Positions 61,057 through 64,000 of a stretch of DNA of 64,000 nt are shown in pieces. A program made the position numbers and the translations under genes. The notes under the pieces were generated by a model, which made no database searches, had not been told where the DNA came from, and saw only the letters and a list, made by a program, of their open reading frames with translations. Position 1 is the stretch's first letter. Every line of letters begins with the position of its first letter. Source of the DNA: Brachyspira murdochii DSM 12563 (lineage in GTDB: Bacteria > Spirochaetota > Brachyspiria > Brachyspirales > Brachyspiraceae); the NCBI RefSeq assembly GCF_000092845.1, contig NC_014150.1:2043510-2107509 (forward strand). The letters are read 5' to 3'.

Positions 61057-61469
61057 TGTTACAACCATCAAGAATGAAATATCGTAAACATCATAGAGGC
61101 AGAATGAAAGGCAAATCAAAAAGAGGAAGTAATCTTACTTTCGGAGATTATGGTTTGATGGCATTAGAACCTGTATGGCTTACAGATAGACAAATTGAGG
61201 CTGCACGTATTGCTATATCAAGACATGTTAAACGTGTAGGTAAGATGTGGATAAAAGTATTTCCAGATAAACCTTATACTAAAAAACCAGCTGAAACTAG
61301 AATGGGTAAAGGTAAAGGTAACGTTGAATATTGGGTAGCTGTAGTTAAACCTGGAAAAGTAATATTTGAAATATCAGGTGTTCCAGAAGAATTGGCTCAA
61401 TCAGCTTTCAGACTAGCTGGTTTCAAGCTTCCTATAAAAACTAAGTTCATTAAGAGGGAGGCTATATAA
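61056..61469 (+). CDS. rplP: 50S ribosomal protein L16
   Basis: [16 protein letters not shown]... Confidence 0.95.
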   Translation: MLQPSRMKYRKHHRGRMKGKSKRGSNLTFGDYGLMALEPVWLTDRQIEAARIAISRHVKRVGKMWIKVFPDKPYTKKPAETRMGKGKGNVEYWVAVVKPGKVIFEISGVPEELAQSAFRLAGFKLPIKTKFIKREAI

Positions 61470-61675
61470 TGGCTAAAAATAAAAAAGATTATAAGTCATT
61501 GCCTTTAGAAGAGCTTAAAAGTGAACTTCTAAAATTAGAAAAAGAATATCAAGAGCATAGATTTGAAAAAGTAGTAGGCGATGCAAGACAAACACATCAA
61601 CTTAAAAAAGCTCGTAAAGATATAGCTAAAGTTAAGACATTTATTCGTCAATATGAACTTGGCATAAAAAAATAG
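61469..61675 (+). CDS. rpmC: 50S ribosomal protein L29
   Basis: Identified from gene order; 68 aa. Confidence 0.85.
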   Translation: MAKNKKDYKSLPLEELKSELLKLEKEYQEHRFEKVVGDARQTHQLKKARKDIAKVKTFIRQYELGIKK

Positions 61676-61687
61676 TGAGGTATTACT

Positions 61688-62050
61688 GTGGAAAGCAAAG
61701 CAAAAAAATATAAAAGAGTACTTGAGGGAATTGTAGTTTCTGATAAAATGGATAAAACTATAGTTGTAAAAGTAGAAAGCAAGCAGAAACACCCGCTCTA
61801 TGGTAAAACTATTAGTAAAAATAAACGCTATAAAGCTCATGACGAAAAAAACGAATGCCATGAAGGCGATTTAGTAAGAGTAATAGAGTGCAGACCTCTT
61901 AGTAAAGATAAAAAATTTAGATTGACAAAAATAATTAAGAAAGCAGAGCGTATAGATAAAGATTCTATAGACAGCGATGTAGAAAGCGTATTAAAACGTG
62001 AAAAACATGCTCCAGAAGCAGCAGTTTCTTCACAGGTTGAAGGAGAGTAA
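61688..62050 (+). CDS. rpsQ: 30S ribosomal protein S17 with a ~35-aa acidic C-terminal extension
   Basis: GTG start. The core is [14 protein letters not shown]; the tail is [34 protein letters not shown]. Confidence 0.9.
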   Translation: MESKAKKYKRVLEGIVVSDKMDKTIVVKVESKQKHPLYGKTISKNKRYKAHDEKNECHEGDLVRVIECRPLSKDKKFRLTKIIKKAERIDKDSIDSDVESVLKREKHAPEAAVSSQVEGE

Positions 62051-62055
62051 GAATT

Positions 62056-62424
62056 ATGATACAAGTACCAAGTACTCTTAATGTAGCCGACAACACTGGC
62101 GTGAAAAAGTTAAAATGTATTAAGGTATTAGGCGGAAGCAGACGCAGATATGCTACTTTAGGTGATGTAATTGTTTGCTCTGTAACAGATATAATACCTA
62201 CTTGCTCTATAGAAAAAGGTAAAGTTGTTAAAGCCGTAATAGTAAGAGTTAAAAAAGAAGTTAGACGTCCGGACGGTTCATATATACGTTTTGATGAGAA
62301 TGCTGCTGTTATAGTAGATGATAAAAAAGAGCCTAGAGGTAAACGTATATTCGGACCAGTAGCACGCGAGCTTAGAGACAGAGGCTTTATGAAGATAGTA
62401 TCACTTGCACCAGAGGTAATATAA
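62056..62424 (+). CDS. rplN: 50S ribosomal protein L14
   Basis: [15 protein letters not shown]... Confidence 0.95.
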   Translation: MIQVPSTLNVADNTGVKKLKCIKVLGGSRRRYATLGDVIVCSVTDIIPTCSIEKGKVVKAVIVRVKKEVRRPDGSYIRFDENAAVIVDDKKEPRGKRIFGPVARELRDRGFMKIVSLAPEVI

Positions 62425-62425
62425 T

Positions 62426-62767
62426 ATGATAAAAAAACAAGATTTAAGTAAGACAAAATATAAAGTAAAAAAAGGCGATACTGTTGAGGTAATAGCTGGA
62501 GAGCAAAGTGGCGAACGCGGCGAGGTATTGTCTATAGATAGAAAAAGAGGCAGAGTTCTAGTAAAAAATATCAATATGGTTAAAAAGACTATGCCTAAAA
62601 CTCAAGAGAATCAAAGAGGCGGTATAGTTGAAAAAGAAGCTTCAATAAATATATCCAATGTAATGGTAGTTGACAAAGGCGGTAAAGCTACTAGAGTTGG
62701 AAGAAAAGAAGCAGACGGAAAATTAAAAAGATATTCTAAAAAATCGGGCGATTTTCTTGATAAGTAA
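62426..62767 (+). CDS. rplX: 50S ribosomal protein L24
   Basis: Identified from gene order and a KOW motif. Confidence 0.9.
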   Translation: MIKKQDLSKTKYKVKKGDTVEVIAGEQSGERGEVLSIDRKRGRVLVKNINMVKKTMPKTQENQRGGIVEKEASINISNVMVVDKGGKATRVGRKEADGKLKRYSKKSGDFLDK

Positions 62768-62782
62768 GTAGGAGAATAAATT

Positions 62783-63346
62783 ATGTCAGTATTGAAAGAT
62801 AGGTATGAAAACGAAATTAAACAGTCTCTGCTAAAAGATATGAATTTAAGCTCTACAATGGCTATCCCTAAAATTGAAAAAATCATCATAAATATGGGAG
62901 TAACTCAGGCTGTAACAGACAAAAAATATGTTGATTCTGCTGTAGAAGAATTGACTCAAATAGCAGGTCAAAGAGCTGTTGTAACAAGAGCTAAAAAATC
63001 TATAGCTAACTTCAAATTAAGACAAGGTATGCCTATAGGCTGCCGTGTAACTTTAAGAGGTGAGAGAATGTATGACTTCTTAGAGAGATTAATATTCATA
63101 GCATTACCAAGGGTAAGAGACTTCCAAGGTATTCCTAGAAGAGGATTTGACGGTAAAGGTAATTACAATTTAGGAATAAAAGAACATACTATATTTCCAG
63201 AAATAAGTTTTGATAAAACAGATGCTGTAAAAGGCTTAAATATAACAATAGTAACTACTGCAGATAATGACGATATGGCACGTACTTTATTAGAAAGAGT
63301 AGGTTTGCCATTCCGTGCTGCACCTAAAAGTCAGGAGAATAAATAA
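62783..63346 (+). CDS. rplE: 50S ribosomal protein L5
   Basis: Identified from gene order and length. Confidence 0.9.
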   Translation: MSVLKDRYENEIKQSLLKDMNLSSTMAIPKIEKIIINMGVTQAVTDKKYVDSAVEELTQIAGQRAVVTRAKKSIANFKLRQGMPIGCRVTLRGERMYDFLERLIFIALPRVRDFQGIPRRGFDGKGNYNLGIKEHTIFPEISFDKTDAVKGLNITIVTTADNDDMARTLLERVGLPFRAAPKSQENK

Positions 63347-63531
63347 TGGCTAGATTGGCACTTAAAGTTAAAGCTACAAAAAAACAAAAATATAAAACAA
63401 GACAATATAACAGATGCCCAATATGCGGCAGACCTCGTGCTTACATAAGACAGTACAAGATGTGCAGAATATGTTTCAGAGATTTAGCTAATAAAGGTTT
63501 AATACCGGGCGTAACTAAGTCTAGTTGGTAA
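63346..63531 (+). CDS. rpsN: 30S ribosomal protein S14 type Z (zinc-binding)
   Basis: 61 aa with C-x2-C...C-x2-C. Confidence 0.9.
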   Translation: MARLALKVKATKKQKYKTRQYNRCPICGRPRAYIRQYKMCRICFRDLANKGLIPGVTKSSW

Positions 63532-63548
63532 TTTAAGGAGTTATATAA

Positions 63549-63950
63549 ATGAGCGTACATGATCCAATAGCAGATGCTTTAACTATAATTAGAAACGGAT
63601 GTAGAGCAAAAAAAGAGGCTGTTACTATACCTTTTTCTACAAAAATGGAAAATATACTTGCAATTTTGAAGAAAGAAGGATATATTAATGACTTCAAAAA
63701 AGTAGAAGTAAAAGATAAAAATTTCTTCCGCATAGAAATAGACTTGAAATATTATGAGGGAAGTTCAGTAATAGAGGGCATTCAAAGAGTATCAACTCCG
63801 GGTTTGAGAGTTTATACCTCAGTAGATACTATACCTCAAGTAAAAAATGGTTTCGGTATATCTGTAATATCTACAAGCAAAGGAGTTATGACAGATAAAG
63901 AAGCTAGAAAAGAAAATGTTGGCGGCGAAGTTTTATGCTACGTTTGGTAA
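63549..63950 (+). CDS. rpsH: 30S ribosomal protein S8
   Basis: MSVHDPIADALTIIRN... Confidence 0.95.
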   Translation: MSVHDPIADALTIIRNGCRAKKEAVTIPFSTKMENILAILKKEGYINDFKKVEVKDKNFFRIEIDLKYYEGSSVIEGIQRVSTPGLRVYTSVDTIPQVKNGFGISVISTSKGVMTDKEARKENVGGEVLCYVW

Positions 63951-63971
63951 TAAATTAAGAGGGTATTAATA

Positions 63972-64000
63972 ATGAGTAGATTAGCAAACAAACCTATAGC
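63972..64000 (+). CDS. rplF: 50S ribosomal protein L6, first 9 codons only (runs off the window)
   Basis: MSRLANKPI, and its position after rpsH. Confidence 0.7.

Overview
Very AT-rich chromosomal segment from a Brachyspira-like spirochaete. The assignment is an inference from the FlaB-type flagellin core protein, a tamB-bamA-skp-lpxD cluster, an H+/Na+ pyrophosphatase gene, extreme AT bias and N/I/K-rich proteins. From about 52.4 kb to the window end lies the conserved str-S10-spc ribosomal protein superoperon (rpsL, rpsG, fusA, tuf, rpsJ through a 5' fragment of rplF). The first 52 kb are a mosaic of housekeeping and accessory genes. Housekeeping genes include flaB, lpxD, skp, bamA, tamB, tilS, hisIE, cobC/cobD, hppA, two Cache-type MCPs, an OppA-like binding protein and a MATE pump. 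The accessory genes are lineage-specific membrane and surface proteins that occur as paralog families. No rRNA, tRNA, CRISPR array or transposase was recognised. The main items worth follow-up are: (1) a perfect (ACAAC)23 pentanucleotide microsatellite in the transcribed leader of an ASST-like lipoprotein gene, with that whole promoter-repeat-gene cassette bracketed by 43-bp direct repeats; (2) a roughly 200-bp intergenic repeat element with conserved GC-rich boxes in fixed order, present in three copies; (3) a conserved A/T-stem, GC-loop hairpin motif upstream of two unrelated genes; (4) an island of small N-rich membrane protein paralogs sharing a promoter box. All calls were made by eye from the sequence and the ORF track; no database search was run.
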